From Chloroflexota bacterium (GTDB taxonomy: Bacteria; Chloroflexota; Anaerolineae; Anaerolineales; Villigracilaceae), in the NCBI GenBank assembly GCA_016234485.1, contig JACRBL010000037.1, positions 41,597-105,596 of the forward strand: a DNA stretch of 64,000 nt. The letters run 5' to 3'. The position numbers and the translations under genes were made by a program. Below the pieces are notes generated by a model. That model was not told where the DNA came from and searched no databases. It was given only the letters and a program-made list of their open reading frames with translations. Below are positions 36,436 through 46,011 of this stretch, one piece after another (position 1 is the first letter of the stretch; each line of letters starts with the position of its first letter).

Positions 36436-37695
36436 ATGAATAAGATTCGTTCGACCTTGTACAAGTCCATGCTGCTGGCACTGTGCGTGGCGCTCGCGAC
36501 CGTGACGATTGCGTGGGCCGCGTCGGGAGACTTGGATCCCACCTTTAGCGGAGACGGAAAGATCACCCAGGCATTGGGAGGCACGGGAAGCAGGGCCTGG
36601 GATGTCGCCGTTCAAGCGGATGGCAAGGTGGTGACAGTCGGCAACAAATATCTTTCGGGCGGCGCGGCCGATTTTGCCATTGTCCGCTACAACACGGACG
36701 GCAGTCTTGACACTACCTTCAGCGGCGATGGAAAACAATTCATCAGTTTCGGCCTGTCGGACGACGGCCTGGCGGTTGTCATCCAAACCGACGGCAAGAT
36801 CGTGGTTGGCGGCCAGACTTGCAACGCCGGCGGCGTCTGCGATGTGGCGCTCGCGCGTCTGAATACCAACGGTTCGCTGGATACCAGTTTCAGCGGAGAC
36901 GGAAAAGTTATCCAGGATTTTGGAGGCGACGATAACGGCGGAAGTGACATTGCCCTGAACGGCGCCAAAATCGTGGTGGCCGGTTATGAGATGCGCGGCG
37001 GAGATTACGACGGCGCAATTTATCAGTTCACCGCCTCGGGCGCCGTGGACACATCCTTCGCGGGCGGCGACGGCGCCGCGTATGTTGCCAGTTCCGATTA
37101 CGAATTTCTGCGCTCCATTGCTGTGAGCGGCGGGAAGATTTATGCCGTCGGGGAAGTAACCCCTCCAGATGACAGTACCGCTGATTTCCTGTCGGTCAGC
37201 CTCAACTCCAACGGCAGTCCCAACACTGCATTCGGCGGGACAGGCGTCGTGACCACAGACCTGGGTGGCTATGACTGGGGACGCGGCATTATCGTCTCTG
37301 GCGGGAAACCGGTGGTTGTGGGCGCATCCGATTCGAGCTTTGTCATTATGCGCTACGCGGCCAATGGCAACCTGGATACCACCTTCAGCGGTGACGGGGT
37401 GATCATGGAAGCGCTGGGCTACGCCGCTCCCAATTTTCGGAGCGTGACGTTCCAGGGTACGAAGATCGTTGTAGGTGGCACGACCGACTACTTTGGCGTT
37501 GGCGATACACTGATGTTGCGCTATACCGCCGCTGGAAACCTGGACACCACGTTTGGCATCGGTGGGAAGGTTAAAACTAACTGGGGCGGAAGCGACGCGC
37601 TCACATCCGTCCTGTTCAAGAACAATCGCATCTACGCGGTGGGCGGTTCCAAGACGACAGCGCATCGCTTCATCGTCGCGGCCTACCAACCATAA
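36436..37695 (+). CDS. secreted delta-60 repeat domain protein (beta-propeller-like)
   Basis: Trimmed to the ATG at 36436, after AAGGAG. Signal peptide MLLALCVALATVTIAWA. Seven repeats of G(S/N/D)LD(T/P)(T/S)FSGDGK, which is the TIGR02608-type delta-60 motif. Confidence 0.8.
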   Translation: MNKIRSTLYKSMLLALCVALATVTIAWAASGDLDPTFSGDGKITQALGGTGSRAWDVAVQADGKVVTVGNKYLSGGAADFAIVRYNTDGSLDTTFSGDGKQFISFGLSDDGLAVVIQTDGKIVVGGQTCNAGGVCDVALARLNTNGSLDTSFSGDGKVIQDFGGDDNGGSDIALNGAKIVVAGYEMRGGDYDGAIYQFTASGAVDTSFAGGDGAAYVASSDYEFLRSIAVSGGKIYAVGEVTPPDDSTADFLSVSLNSNGSPNTAFGGTGVVTTDLGGYDWGRGIIVSGGKPVVVGASDSSFVIMRYAANGNLDTTFSGDGVIMEALGYAAPNFRSVTFQGTKIVVGGTTDYFGVGDTLMLRYTAAGNLDTTFGIGGKVKTNWGGSDALTSVLFKNNRIYAVGGSKTTAHRFIVAAYQP

Positions 37696-37750
37696 CAGGC
37701 AAATTGACAATCCAACCGATTCGAACCTTACAGCAAACGGGACGAATCGT

Positions 37751-37852
37751 CTCCTCCAGATAAAGAAGAGAGGCGACTTCCGTCGCCTCTCTTCTTTTTA
37801 CTTCTTCCTCTTCCCCACCTGGCTCGGCCACGAACTCTGCCAGATCGGGGCG
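37751..37852. repeat. direct-repeat copy 1: duplicate of the terminator and 3' end of the MerR/TipA-like gene (gene-end remnant)
   Basis: 37751-37818 matches 42404-42473 with a few mismatches and one small indel (CTCCTCCAGATAAAGAAGAGAGGCGACTTCCGTCGCCTCTCTTCTTTT..CTTCTTCCTCTTCCCCAC). The match resumes at GAACTCTGCCA (37842-37852 against 42497-42507). Confidence 0.8.
37762..37800 (+). terminator. rho-independent terminator after the delta-60 gene (part of repeat copy 1)
   Basis: AAAGAAGAGAGGCGAC-TTCC-GTCGCCTCTCTTCTTT, followed by TT. Confidence 0.7.
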
Positions 37853-37971
37853 CCCTATGTCAAAGTCCACTTTGAAACACAGGTCGCGCTAAATCGGTCT
37901 TTGTCTAAAGACACAGACATTTTTCTCAATCATTGCAACGGTGAATGACCGTAAAGCAAAGGAGATTCAAA

Positions 37972-40900
37972 ATGAATAAAAGAAAAGGTGCGTTTTTTTC
38001 ACGGTTGTCGCTGATCATAATCATTTTGTTGTTTATGAACGCGAGCGGGGTTAACGCGACATCCGCACCCAGCCCGAGTCTGATTTCAACTGGCACAATC
38101 ACCAACCTGGTGGTCTTTGTTCGATTCAGCGGCGAAGCTGAATTTACCGACAACGTATCCACATACACGGATAAATTCACCAACGCCACACTCGGCGCAG
38201 ACTCGATGAAGAACTACTTCCTGGAGACATCCTACAATCAATTGACCGTCAACTCCAATTTTTACCCCACGCCTCCCGGTTCCACGGTCATTTCCTATCA
38301 GGATAGCCATACCCGCGATTACTTCAGGCCATACCACGTTAGTACCAATCCAATTGGCTACAACGGCTCGACAGAAAGATTTGACAGGGAATACGCCCTG
38401 ATGCGAGATGCCGTCGCCTATGTGGACGGGCTGGGGCAATTCCCTGGCGCGGGGGTCATCGACGCGAACAACGATGGCCTTGTGGACAGCATTACCTTTA
38501 TTGTTTCAGGATCAATGGAGGCTTCAAGCCCAATATTGTGGCCCCACAAATGGTCTGTCCTCTCGCTCAACTTTAGCATTGCCGGCAAGCAAGTCTTTGA
38601 CTATATCATCCAGATGCAAACGGGACTCCATACTGGGCTACTTTCCCACGAAATGTTCCATCTGTTAACCAATGCCCCCGACCTCTATAACTACACATAT
38701 ATCGGTTTTCAACCGGTCGGTACCTGGGATCTGATGGAAGGAGGGAGTTTCGACCCGCCCCAACACATGAATTGTTACATGAAGTACAGGTATGGGCATT
38801 GGATCGCCAGTATTCCAGAGATTTCCGCACCCGGCACGTACACCCTGAATCCAATCACTTCATCCACCAATAACTGCTACAAAATCGAATCGCCCAATTC
38901 GACCACAGAGTTTTTTATTCTGGAATATCGCCGCAATACGGGCAGTGGTTTTGAATCCACCCTGCCAGGCTCTGGTTTGCTCGTGTATCGCATCAATGCC
39001 AACCAGGATGGCCTGGGAAATGCGGGCGGCCCTCCCGATGAAGTTTATCTCTACCGACCCGGCGGAACCACTTCTGCGGATGGCAATCCGAATAACGCGC
39101 ATTTCAGCAGTGACGTGGGGCGAACCGCGATCAACGACGCGACCAATCCTTCGAGCTTCCTCTCGAATGGCAGCGCGGGTGGATTGAATATTTGTAACAT
39201 CGGCGCGGCAGGCGCGACCATTTCGTTCGATATTTGTTCCGCGGCGGCGCCTGAGATAAAAATAACGGGGAACGGCGTAGATATCACCGACGGCGATACC
39301 ACCCCATCCCTTGCCGACCACACCAATTTCGGCTCTGTGGTTGTAAATGGTGGAAGCGTGGATCGTACCTTCACCATCCAAAACATCAACTCCAGCGCTT
39401 TGAATTTAACTGGCAGTCCCGACCTCGTCAGCATCTCTGGCGCGAACGCCGCGGATTTCAGCGTTACGGAGAACCCTTCCACTCCGCTTGGGTATAACGA
39501 TTCCACAACCTTCACCGTTCGTTTCGACCCGCAGGCCGTGGGAGGGAGTACGCGCACCGCCACCATCTCCATTGCCAACAACGACGGCAACGAAAATCCC
39601 TACAATTTCACGATTCAAGGAACTGCATCCGATTGCGGCGCCCTAGTGACCAATTCCAACGACAGCGGCGCTGGTTCCCTGCAACAGGCGCTTCTGGACG
39701 TTTGCACGAACGGAACCATCACCTTCGACAACGACTACACCATCCTACTTTCCACAACCCTTGAAATAAACAAAAACCTGACCATTGACGGCACAGGCCA
39801 TACGGTCATTCTGGACGGTCAAAATACTGCGCGAGTATTGATTAACTGGGACCCGTCTGTTGTTACTGTCAAACACCTTACGATCCGCAACGGCAACGGC
39901 AATACCGCGGTCGGCATCGGCACGAAAGCCGGCGGAGGCATCTTGAATTTTGGAACGTTGACCGTTGATGACAGTATATTTACCGGAAACAACGCGACAG
40001 ACGTGGGCGGCGCAATGTACAACTGGAGCGGCGCCATGACAGTAACGAATAGCGCTTTCTCCTCCAACGGCGCGTCCACTCCACATGGCGGCGGCATCTT
40101 CAATGAAGGCTCCCTAACCGTAACCGGAAGCGTTTTTTCGTCTAATTCCGCCTCCACTTACGGCGGCGGCATCTTCAGTAACAACGCCCTGACGGTGGCA
40201 AATAGCGCTTTCTCCCAAAACAGCGCTTCCTACGGCGGCGGCTTCTTTATTAATGGCGGCGCGTTCTCGTCCATCAATAACACGCTCAGCGCCAACCAGG
40301 CCTCCTCGTCTGGAGGCGGTATTTTCAACAATACCGGCGTTTTGAATATTAGTAATACCATCGTCGCCAACTCCACAGGAGGCGATTGTACAGTTGGCGC
40401 AGGTACGCTTGGCACGAACAATAACAACTTGATCGAAGGCGCGGCCTGCGGCATGACGAATGGAGCGAATGGCAACATCGTCGGTTTGGATCCGAATCTG
40501 GGCGCGCTTGCCAGCAATGGCGGCCCCACGCAAACCTTCAAACTGCTGGCGGGTTCTCCCGCTTTCAACGCAGGCGACGATGCAACCTGCGCGGCCAGCC
40601 TGGTCAATGGCAAAGACCAACGCGGCATCTCTCGCCCTCAGGGCGCGCACTGCGACATTGGCTCCTACGAAGCCGAGATTTTGACAGTCACCGCCAACAG
40701 CAAAACCATCACCTACGGCGGCTCCGAACCGACCTTCGACTTCGCCAAAGATCCTTCAGGCGCGACCTTCTCCGTCGAACCCACTTGTTCGGTGTCTGGC
40801 GCGCATGTCAACGCGGGAACCTACGCCATCGCCTGCTCGGGCGGAGTCCCAACCGATGGCAAATATCTGGTGGTGTACGTCAATGGCTCTCTGACAATCA

Positions 40901-42354
40901 ACAAAGCGAACGCGACCATCAACGTCACAGGATACAGCGTCATTTATGATGGAGCGCAACACACCGCCAGCGGCTCTGCCACAGGGGTTAACAGCGAAGA
41001 TTTGAGCGCTGGTCTTGATCTCAGCGGCACCGCGCACACCAACGTTGGCGCCTACCTGGCCGATCCCTGGACATTCACCGACACCAGCGGAAACTACAAC
41101 AACCAAAACGGGACCGTTGACAATGCGATCCTCTCGCAACCTGAAATGAACGTAACTGGCAATAGCGTGTCCATTGCGGATGGAGATGCCGCGCCCAGCC
41201 TAACCGACTTTACGGATTTCGGCAGCGCCAATGTGACCGGCGCAACGGTAACTCGCACATTCGCCATCCAGAACCTCGGCGGCTCAAACCTGACCTTGAG
41301 CGGCGCGCCCAAGGTCAGCGTTACTGGCCCGCAGGCCGCCAACTTCACCGTCACGATACAGCCGTCCAGCCCGGTGACCGCCAGCGGTTCAACCACGTTC
41401 ACGGTCAGATTCGATCCGTCCGTTAGCGGGCTTCACGCGGCGATCATCAGCATTGCCAACAATGATGCCAATGAAAACCCGTACAATTTCAGTATTCAAG
41501 GCATAGGCACAGCGCCAGAGATGAACGTGCTGGGAAATGGCGTCTCCATCGTTGACGGCGACGCCACGCCCTCCACAGCCGACTTCACCAACTTTGGCAG
41601 CGCCAACATCGCTGGCGTGACGGTAACTCGCATCTTCACCATTCAGAACCTCGGCACGGCCAGCCTGACCTTGAGCGGCGCGCCAAAGGTCAGCGTCAGC
41701 GGCGCGCACGCAAGCGACTTCGTCGTCACCGCCCTGCCCGTCAGCCCGGTGACCGCCGCCGGCTCCACCACATTCTCCGTGCGCTTCGACCCGTCCGCGA
41801 GCGGAATCCGCACCGCGATCATCAGCATCGCCAACGATGACGCAAACGAGAATCCGTACAACTTTACCATCCAGGGATTGGGTACGCAGGAACGCGCCAT
41901 AAACGGCGGTTTCAACCTTTACAGCGGAACGTCCAAAATCCCCACGAACTGGGTCAAGAGCGCCACCTTCGCGACGACCGACGGGAAAGACACTTCGTTT
42001 AAAAAAGAAGGGTCCGCTTCAGTGAAGATCGGCGGCCAAACAGGGAAGACCAAGACCCTGACGCAAACCCTCAACCTGAGCGGAAACAGCGGCGACCAAT
42101 TCATCTTCTCGTTCTGGGAGAGAGGCTCTTCCATCCCATCCGCAGGGTTGTGCAAAGCGGAAGTGTTACTCTATCAAGGAACCGCCCTGAAACTAACCAA
42201 GACCATCAACTGCCGCACCGGAACCTACGCGGCATTTGAACAGAAGATGCTCACGTTCAATGCAACTTCGGCTTACACCAAAGTGGAGATCAAGTTCACC
42301 TACAGCAAGAGTAGCGGCTCCATCTGGTTCGATCTGGTCAGTTTGATCAAATAA
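37972..42354 (+). CDS. large secreted M6-family (InhA-like) metalloprotease fused to choice-of-anchor D repeats, a choice-of-anchor Q beta-helix, an MBG domain and a C-terminal CBM-like domain
   Basis: ATG at 37972 after AAGGAG. Signal peptide. SHEMFHLLTNAPDLYNY (HExxH plus PDLY, as in M6 peptidases). Four ~125-aa repeats ending ISIANNDxNENPYNFxIQG. Gly/Asn-rich beta-helix with DPNLGALASNGGPTQTFKLLAGSPAFNAG...DQRGISRPQGAHCDIGSYE. TVTANSKTITYGGSEPTF (MBG-like). Confidence 0.8.
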   Translation: MNKRKGAFFSRLSLIIIILLFMNASGVNATSAPSPSLISTGTITNLVVFVRFSGEAEFTDNVSTYTDKFTNATLGADSMKNYFLETSYNQLTVNSNFYPTPPGSTVISYQDSHTRDYFRPYHVSTNPIGYNGSTERFDREYALMRDAVAYVDGLGQFPGAGVIDANNDGLVDSITFIVSGSMEASSPILWPHKWSVLSLNFSIAGKQVFDYIIQMQTGLHTGLLSHEMFHLLTNAPDLYNYTYIGFQPVGTWDLMEGGSFDPPQHMNCYMKYRYGHWIASIPEISAPGTYTLNPITSSTNNCYKIESPNSTTEFFILEYRRNTGSGFESTLPGSGLLVYRINANQDGLGNAGGPPDEVYLYRPGGTTSADGNPNNAHFSSDVGRTAINDATNPSSFLSNGSAGGLNICNIGAAGATISFDICSAAAPEIKITGNGVDITDGDTTPSLADHTNFGSVVVNGGSVDRTFTIQNINSSALNLTGSPDLVSISGANAADFSVTENPSTPLGYNDSTTFTVRFDPQAVGGSTRTATISIANNDGNENPYNFTIQGTASDCGALVTNSNDSGAGSLQQALLDVCTNGTITFDNDYTILLSTTLEINKNLTIDGTGHTVILDGQNTARVLINWDPSVVTVKHLTIRNGNGNTAVGIGTKAGGGILNFGTLTVDDSIFTGNNATDVGGAMYNWSGAMTVTNSAFSSNGASTPHGGGIFNEGSLTVTGSVFSSNSASTYGGGIFSNNALTVANSAFSQNSASYGGGFFINGGAFSSINNTLSANQASSSGGGIFNNTGVLNISNTIVANSTGGDCTVGAGTLGTNNNNLIEGAACGMTNGANGNIVGLDPNLGALASNGGPTQTFKLLAGSPAFNAGDDATCAASLVNGKDQRGISRPQGAHCDIGSYEAEILTVTANSKTITYGGSEPTFDFAKDPSGATFSVEPTCSVSGAHVNAGTYAIACSGGVPTDGKYLVVYVNGSLTINKANATINVTGYSVIYDGAQHTASGSATGVNSEDLSAGLDLSGTAHTNVGAYLADPWTFTDTSGNYNNQNGTVDNAILSQPEMNVTGNSVSIADGDAAPSLTDFTDFGSANVTGATVTRTFAIQNLGGSNLTLSGAPKVSVTGPQAANFTVTIQPSSPVTASGSTTFTVRFDPSVSGLHAAIISIANNDANENPYNFSIQGIGTAPEMNVLGNGVSIVDGDATPSTADFTNFGSANIAGVTVTRIFTIQNLGTASLTLSGAPKVSVSGAHASDFVVTALPVSPVTAAGSTTFSVRFDPSASGIRTAIISIANDDANENPYNFTIQGLGTQERAINGGFNLYSGTSKIPTNWVKSATFATTDGKDTSFKKEGSASVKIGGQTGKTKTLTQTLNLSGNSGDQFIFSFWERGSSIPSAGLCKAEVLLYQGTALKLTKTINCRTGTYAAFEQKMLTFNATSAYTKVEIKFTYSKSSGSIWFDLVSLIK

Positions 42355-42403
42355 CGCTTCCTCATCTTCGATCGGCCTTCGTAAAATTCCCAGGCCGAAG
42401 CGA

Positions 42404-42518
42404 CTCCTCCAGATAAAGAAGAGAGGCGACTTTCGTCGCCTCTCTTCTTTTATTACTTCTTTCTCTTCCCCACATACACGCCCACCGCCTCGCGCATGAA
42501 CTCTGCCAACTGCGGGTT
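42404..42518. repeat. direct-repeat copy 2 (the functional terminator and 3' end of the MerR/TipA-like gene)
   Basis: See copy 1 at 37751-37852. Confidence 0.8.
42415..42451. terminator. bidirectional rho-independent terminator between convergent genes
   Basis: AAAGAAGAGAGGCGAC-TTTC-GTCGCCTCTCTTCTTT, flanked by A/T runs on both sides. Confidence 0.7.
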
Positions 42519-43199
42519 CATCGCGTCGAAGTTGGCTTTGAAGCGCGGATCGTTGACGTAGCCTTCCGCGATGGCGGCCAGCTGGTCGAGGTTCGGCGTC
42601 CAGAAGTAGTCCATGTGGTCGCGCCAGCGTTGGATGAGGGCCTGCGTCTCGGATGAGTCCGCGCCTGCGGGAATGGCTGCGATCAGGTCGAGATAGATCG
42701 CCTTCCCCTCGGCCATGATGGATTCCTTCTTCGCGGCGGAATACGAATTCCACTTGCGGTTCGATGCGCGCACCGTTTCGGGGTCGTTCATCTGCTCGGC
42801 TTCCTGTGCGTACTTCTCTTGTTCTTCCTCGCTAAACCCTTCAAAGAGACCTTTTTCGCTCATGGGTTTTTCTCCTTTCAAATGTTGGATGGTGTTGTCC
42901 ACCGTGACAAGCAGACGGTTGAGACGCGCCGCCTGTTTCTGCAACGCGTCCTTGTGACTTTGCAACGCGCCCAACACGTCGAAATCGCGGCGCGCCACGA
43001 TCTTCTTGATGTCATCGAGCGGCAAATCCAGCTCGCGGTAGAGCAGGATCTGTTGCAAACGAAGAAGGGCCTCCTCCCCGTAGTAGCGATAGCCGTTCTC
43101 GCCAATACGGGTCGGCTTAAGGAGGCCGATCTGATCGTAGTGATGGAGCGTGCGCGGCGTCACGCCTGCCAGTTGGGATAAATGCTTCACAGTGAACAT
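42453..43199 (-). CDS. MerR family transcriptional regulator with TipAS-like C-terminal antibiotic-recognition domain
   Basis: 248 aa. N-terminal HTH FTVKHLSQLAGVTPRTLHHYDQIGLLKP, a coiled-coil linker, and a C-terminal TipAS-like region (WNSYSAAKKESIMAEGKAIYLDL...). Confidence 0.8.
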   Translation of the reverse strand: MFTVKHLSQLAGVTPRTLHHYDQIGLLKPTRIGENGYRYYGEEALLRLQQILLYRELDLPLDDIKKIVARRDFDVLGALQSHKDALQKQAARLNRLLVTVDNTIQHLKGEKPMSEKGLFEGFSEEEQEKYAQEAEQMNDPETVRASNRKWNSYSAAKKESIMAEGKAIYLDLIAAIPAGADSSETQALIQRWRDHMDYFWTPNLDQLAAIAEGYVNDPRFKANFDAMNPQLAEFMREAVGVYVGKRKK

Positions 43200-43236
43200 G
43201 GCAACATTCTAAACTATGACGTTACGTTAATGTCAA
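43200..43236 (-). promoter_or_regulatory. MerR-type promoter: TTGACA, 19-nt spacer, TAGAAT, 6 nt, ATG (leaderless)
   Basis: Minus strand: TTGACA-TTAACGTAACGTCATAGTT-TAGAAT-GTTGCC-ATG. The 19-nt spacer and the imperfect dyad TGAC-N11-GTCA are hallmarks of MerR-family-controlled promoters. Confidence 0.55.
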
Positions 43237-43408
43237 GGGTTGGATGGGGATTTAGTTTTTCAGTACCGCGCGCTGGCTCTGGCGCTGTCCGCAGAGTAAG
43301 TGTGAGGTATTGTGTAAGGTGAGTTACCCAAAAAAACAGCCAAAATCTTCATACCTCATTCCCTTGCTGAGTGTTGTTTAAGATAAGTTTTTTGAACAGG
43401 AGAACGCG

Positions 43409-45130
43409 ATGCTTTTCACTCTGACGTCGGTCACGGACTACCTCGGTTTTAGCATCTCGCTTTGGCTGGCCTTCTATCTTTTTGCGCGCGGCTTTCCCAG
43501 CCGCATCACCATGCGGACGGTGGTCGTTTTGCTGGCGCTGGCCGTGTTCTTCCTCAGCGCGTCCATCAATTTGCATTTGCGCGTCCCTGGCGCAACCGCC
43601 ATCCGCTCCAGTATGCTCGTCATTGCGCTCGCCACCTGGCACGATCTTTCCAACAGGCTTCTCCCGCAGGAAGCGCAAAAAAGGACGCGCTGGCTCGTCC
43701 AACTCTTCTACCTGGTCGGCCTCATCGTTGTCCTGCTCCTGTTTTGGACTCATTCCTTTGTCGGCGAAAATGAAAATATCCTCTACGTCGGGCGGATGAA
43801 TCTCGGGCCTATCTACGCGTTGTTTGGCGTTTACCAAATCCTGGTCAGCCTGGCGATCATCCGTGGGTTTCGGCTGGGCGTGAAGTTTGGCGTGGGTGAA
43901 CAAAATCGCCTGTTCTTCATCGCGTCCATTCTGGCCATCAGCACGGTGGCATACGGCATCTTCGCGCTCGCCCTGGCTCCTCCCATGCCCCGCATCGTGC
44001 AAGACCTGCTTATCCTTTCGAGCGTCATCCTGATGGGCATCGCCGTGGCGCGCTACCAGGTCTTCATCGAACGCCGCACCACCATCGAAGATTTTCCCGT
44101 CTCCATTTTGGCGGTGTTCAGCCTTTCGGCGGTCTTCGCCTTCCTCGCGTGGATCTGGAGCCGCTCGGCTGTCATCGTCAATCTCATCACCGCGCTCGCC
44201 ATTTTGACCCACGCCATCTACGACCTGGCGCGCGAATTTGTGGACAGAAAGCGTTACCAAAGCGAAACCGATATTCGTCACCAATTACGCAAATTGAAAG
44301 ACCACGACGAGGAAGATACCTTTCAGGAACGACTCACAACGGGGCTGGCCCTGCTCTGCAAAGTGATTAACGCCAGCGGAGGCTTTATCGCCATCAAGAC
44401 GGACAACCGCTTCATCGTCCTGACTTCGAACCGGTCTCTGCCTGCGGGAAGCGAGATCCCCGCCGACGCGGTCGGCGCTGAGATTCAACAGCCCGCGGGA
44501 ACTCTGCGAAACGAAATAGACTGGCTCGCCCCCGCGCTGGAAAATGAGACTCCCATGGCCGTGATCGGCATCGGCCCGTCCAAATCGAACAATGAATATT
44601 CCAACGAGGATATAGACATGCTGGCCGAGGTGGCCGACCGCGTGGGGTCCATCGTCCACTTGCACAATGACAGGGTGGCGCGCCCGTCTCAAGTCACGGA
44701 TGGAGCGAGGGCGTTGGACGCTGAGTCGGACCAGTTGCTTTCGGCGCTGATCTCCAGTCCCGATCCCGAATTTGTGAAGACGGTGGAGGAGGCGCTGAGG
44801 AGCCTGTCCGATATCATCAAGCTGGGCGATTCGCCGCTGGCAAACTATTTGCGCATCAGCGAAGGGACGCAGATCGAGCGCGGCCGCGCCATGCGCGACC
44901 AACTCATCCGCGCCATCGAAATGCTCAAACCCGACGCGCCGCGTCCGCCCGAACCCCTGCCGCGCGAGTGGTACAACTACGTGGTGTTGTACGATGCCTA
45001 CGTGAAGGACGTGCCAAATCGCGAGATCATGGCGCGCATGTACGTCTCCGAGGGGACATTTAATCGCAGTCGGCGAAACGCCCTGCGAGGGGTCGCGAAG
45101 TACTTGCTCGAGCAGAGTAAGAGAAAATAA
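43409..45130 (+). CDS. polytopic membrane protein with cytoplasmic GAF-like region and C-terminal sigma-70 region-4/LuxR-like HTH
   Basis: 573 aa. ~8 N-terminal TM segments. The C-terminus is EWYNYVVLYDAYVKDVPNREIMARMYVSEGTFNRSRRNALRGVAKYL (region 4.2-like HTH). RBS CAGGAG. Confidence 0.55.
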   Translation: MLFTLTSVTDYLGFSISLWLAFYLFARGFPSRITMRTVVVLLALAVFFLSASINLHLRVPGATAIRSSMLVIALATWHDLSNRLLPQEAQKRTRWLVQLFYLVGLIVVLLLFWTHSFVGENENILYVGRMNLGPIYALFGVYQILVSLAIIRGFRLGVKFGVGEQNRLFFIASILAISTVAYGIFALALAPPMPRIVQDLLILSSVILMGIAVARYQVFIERRTTIEDFPVSILAVFSLSAVFAFLAWIWSRSAVIVNLITALAILTHAIYDLAREFVDRKRYQSETDIRHQLRKLKDHDEEDTFQERLTTGLALLCKVINASGGFIAIKTDNRFIVLTSNRSLPAGSEIPADAVGAEIQQPAGTLRNEIDWLAPALENETPMAVIGIGPSKSNNEYSNEDIDMLAEVADRVGSIVHLHNDRVARPSQVTDGARALDAESDQLLSALISSPDPEFVKTVEEALRSLSDIIKLGDSPLANYLRISEGTQIERGRAMRDQLIRAIEMLKPDAPRPPEPLPREWYNYVVLYDAYVKDVPNREIMARMYVSEGTFNRSRRNALRGVAKYLLEQSKRK

Positions 45131-45200
45131 GTTCGCACGGAGTCGAACGTCTCTGACGTTCGTTATCCAAAGTCAGAGACTTTGGAGTCCGTTTTCATTC

Positions 45201-45237
45201 AAAACCCGCCCAGGCCAATCGCCTGGGCGGGTTTTTT
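45201..45237 (+). terminator. rho-independent terminator
   Basis: AAAACCCGCCCAGGC-CAATC-GCCTGGGCGGGTTTTTT. Confidence 0.8.
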
Positions 45238-45315
45238 AAGTTGGCGTCTTTTGGCAGTTTCTTCTCTGGTATTGGCAGTTCAAAAGTGGGAAATTGAGCA
45301 TGAAAGGAACCTGCC

Positions 45316-46011
45316 ATGAAAAACTCCAAATCACCCCTGCTTTTGATCGCCCTGATCGCTTTCATTCTAATCTTCACCTTCCGCCAACCCCTCGCGATCT
45401 TGTGGAATTGGATGGGCAACCGCGAGGCCGTGATCGCCTACGTGCAGGAACTCGGCGTGTGGGGACCGGCGCTTTTATTCGTCCTGCTGGTCGTGCAGGT
45501 TTTTCTGGCGATCATCCCTGGGCAAACTTTGATGGTGGCCTGCGGTTATCTCTACGGCTTTTGGGGCGGACTGTTCATCACCTGGACGAGCCTGGTGGGC
45601 GGCGGGTACGCGGCCTTCGCGCTCGCTCGCCGCTACGGACGTCCCTTCGCGGAGCGTTGGGTTACGCCCGAAACCCTCTCCCGTTGGGACAAGGCCGCCC
45701 ACGGGCAGGGAATTTTCTTCTTCGCCATGTCGCTCGTCCTGCCCGTTTTCCCCAACGACGCGATGTGCTACGTGGCTGGGCTGGGAAAAATCTCGCCGCC
45801 GCGCTTTTTGGTCGCGAACATGATCGGACGCGGGATGGCCTGCCTGCTGGCGAGCGTGGTTGGCGCGTTCGGGTCGCAGATTCCCCTGTGGGGTTGGGCC
45901 TGCGGAATCGGGCTGATCCTGACGGGTTGCGTCGGCTGGTGGCTGAAAAAATATTTCACATCGAACAACATATCCGCCTTGAAAGGAGATAGCCATGTCT
46001 GCATCGGATAA
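45316..46011 (+). CDS. TVP38/TMEM64 (DedA/SNARE-associated) family membrane protein
   Basis: 231 aa. GVWGPALLFVLLVVQVFLAIIPGQTLMVACGYLYG matches the family core. Confidence 0.75.
   Translation: MKNSKSPLLLIALIAFILIFTFRQPLAILWNWMGNREAVIAYVQELGVWGPALLFVLLVVQVFLAIIPGQTLMVACGYLYGFWGGLFITWTSLVGGGYAAFALARRYGRPFAERWVTPETLSRWDKAAHGQGIFFFAMSLVLPVFPNDAMCYVAGLGKISPPRFLVANMIGRGMACLLASVVGAFGSQIPLWGWACGIGLILTGCVGWWLKKYFTSNNISALKGDSHVCIG

Noticed and set aside
36388-37710. 440-aa minus-strand ORF covering the delta-60 repeat gene.
   Set aside because: The plus-strand frame has a signal peptide, an RBS and seven canonical delta-60 repeats. The antisense ORF is an open-frame artefact of repetitive GC-rich codons.
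43349-44284. 311-aa minus-strand ORF rich in D/E/R/K/G opposite the 573-aa membrane protein gene.
   Set aside because: Its composition is low-complexity and charged. The plus-strand frame gives coherent TM helices, an RBS and a terminator.
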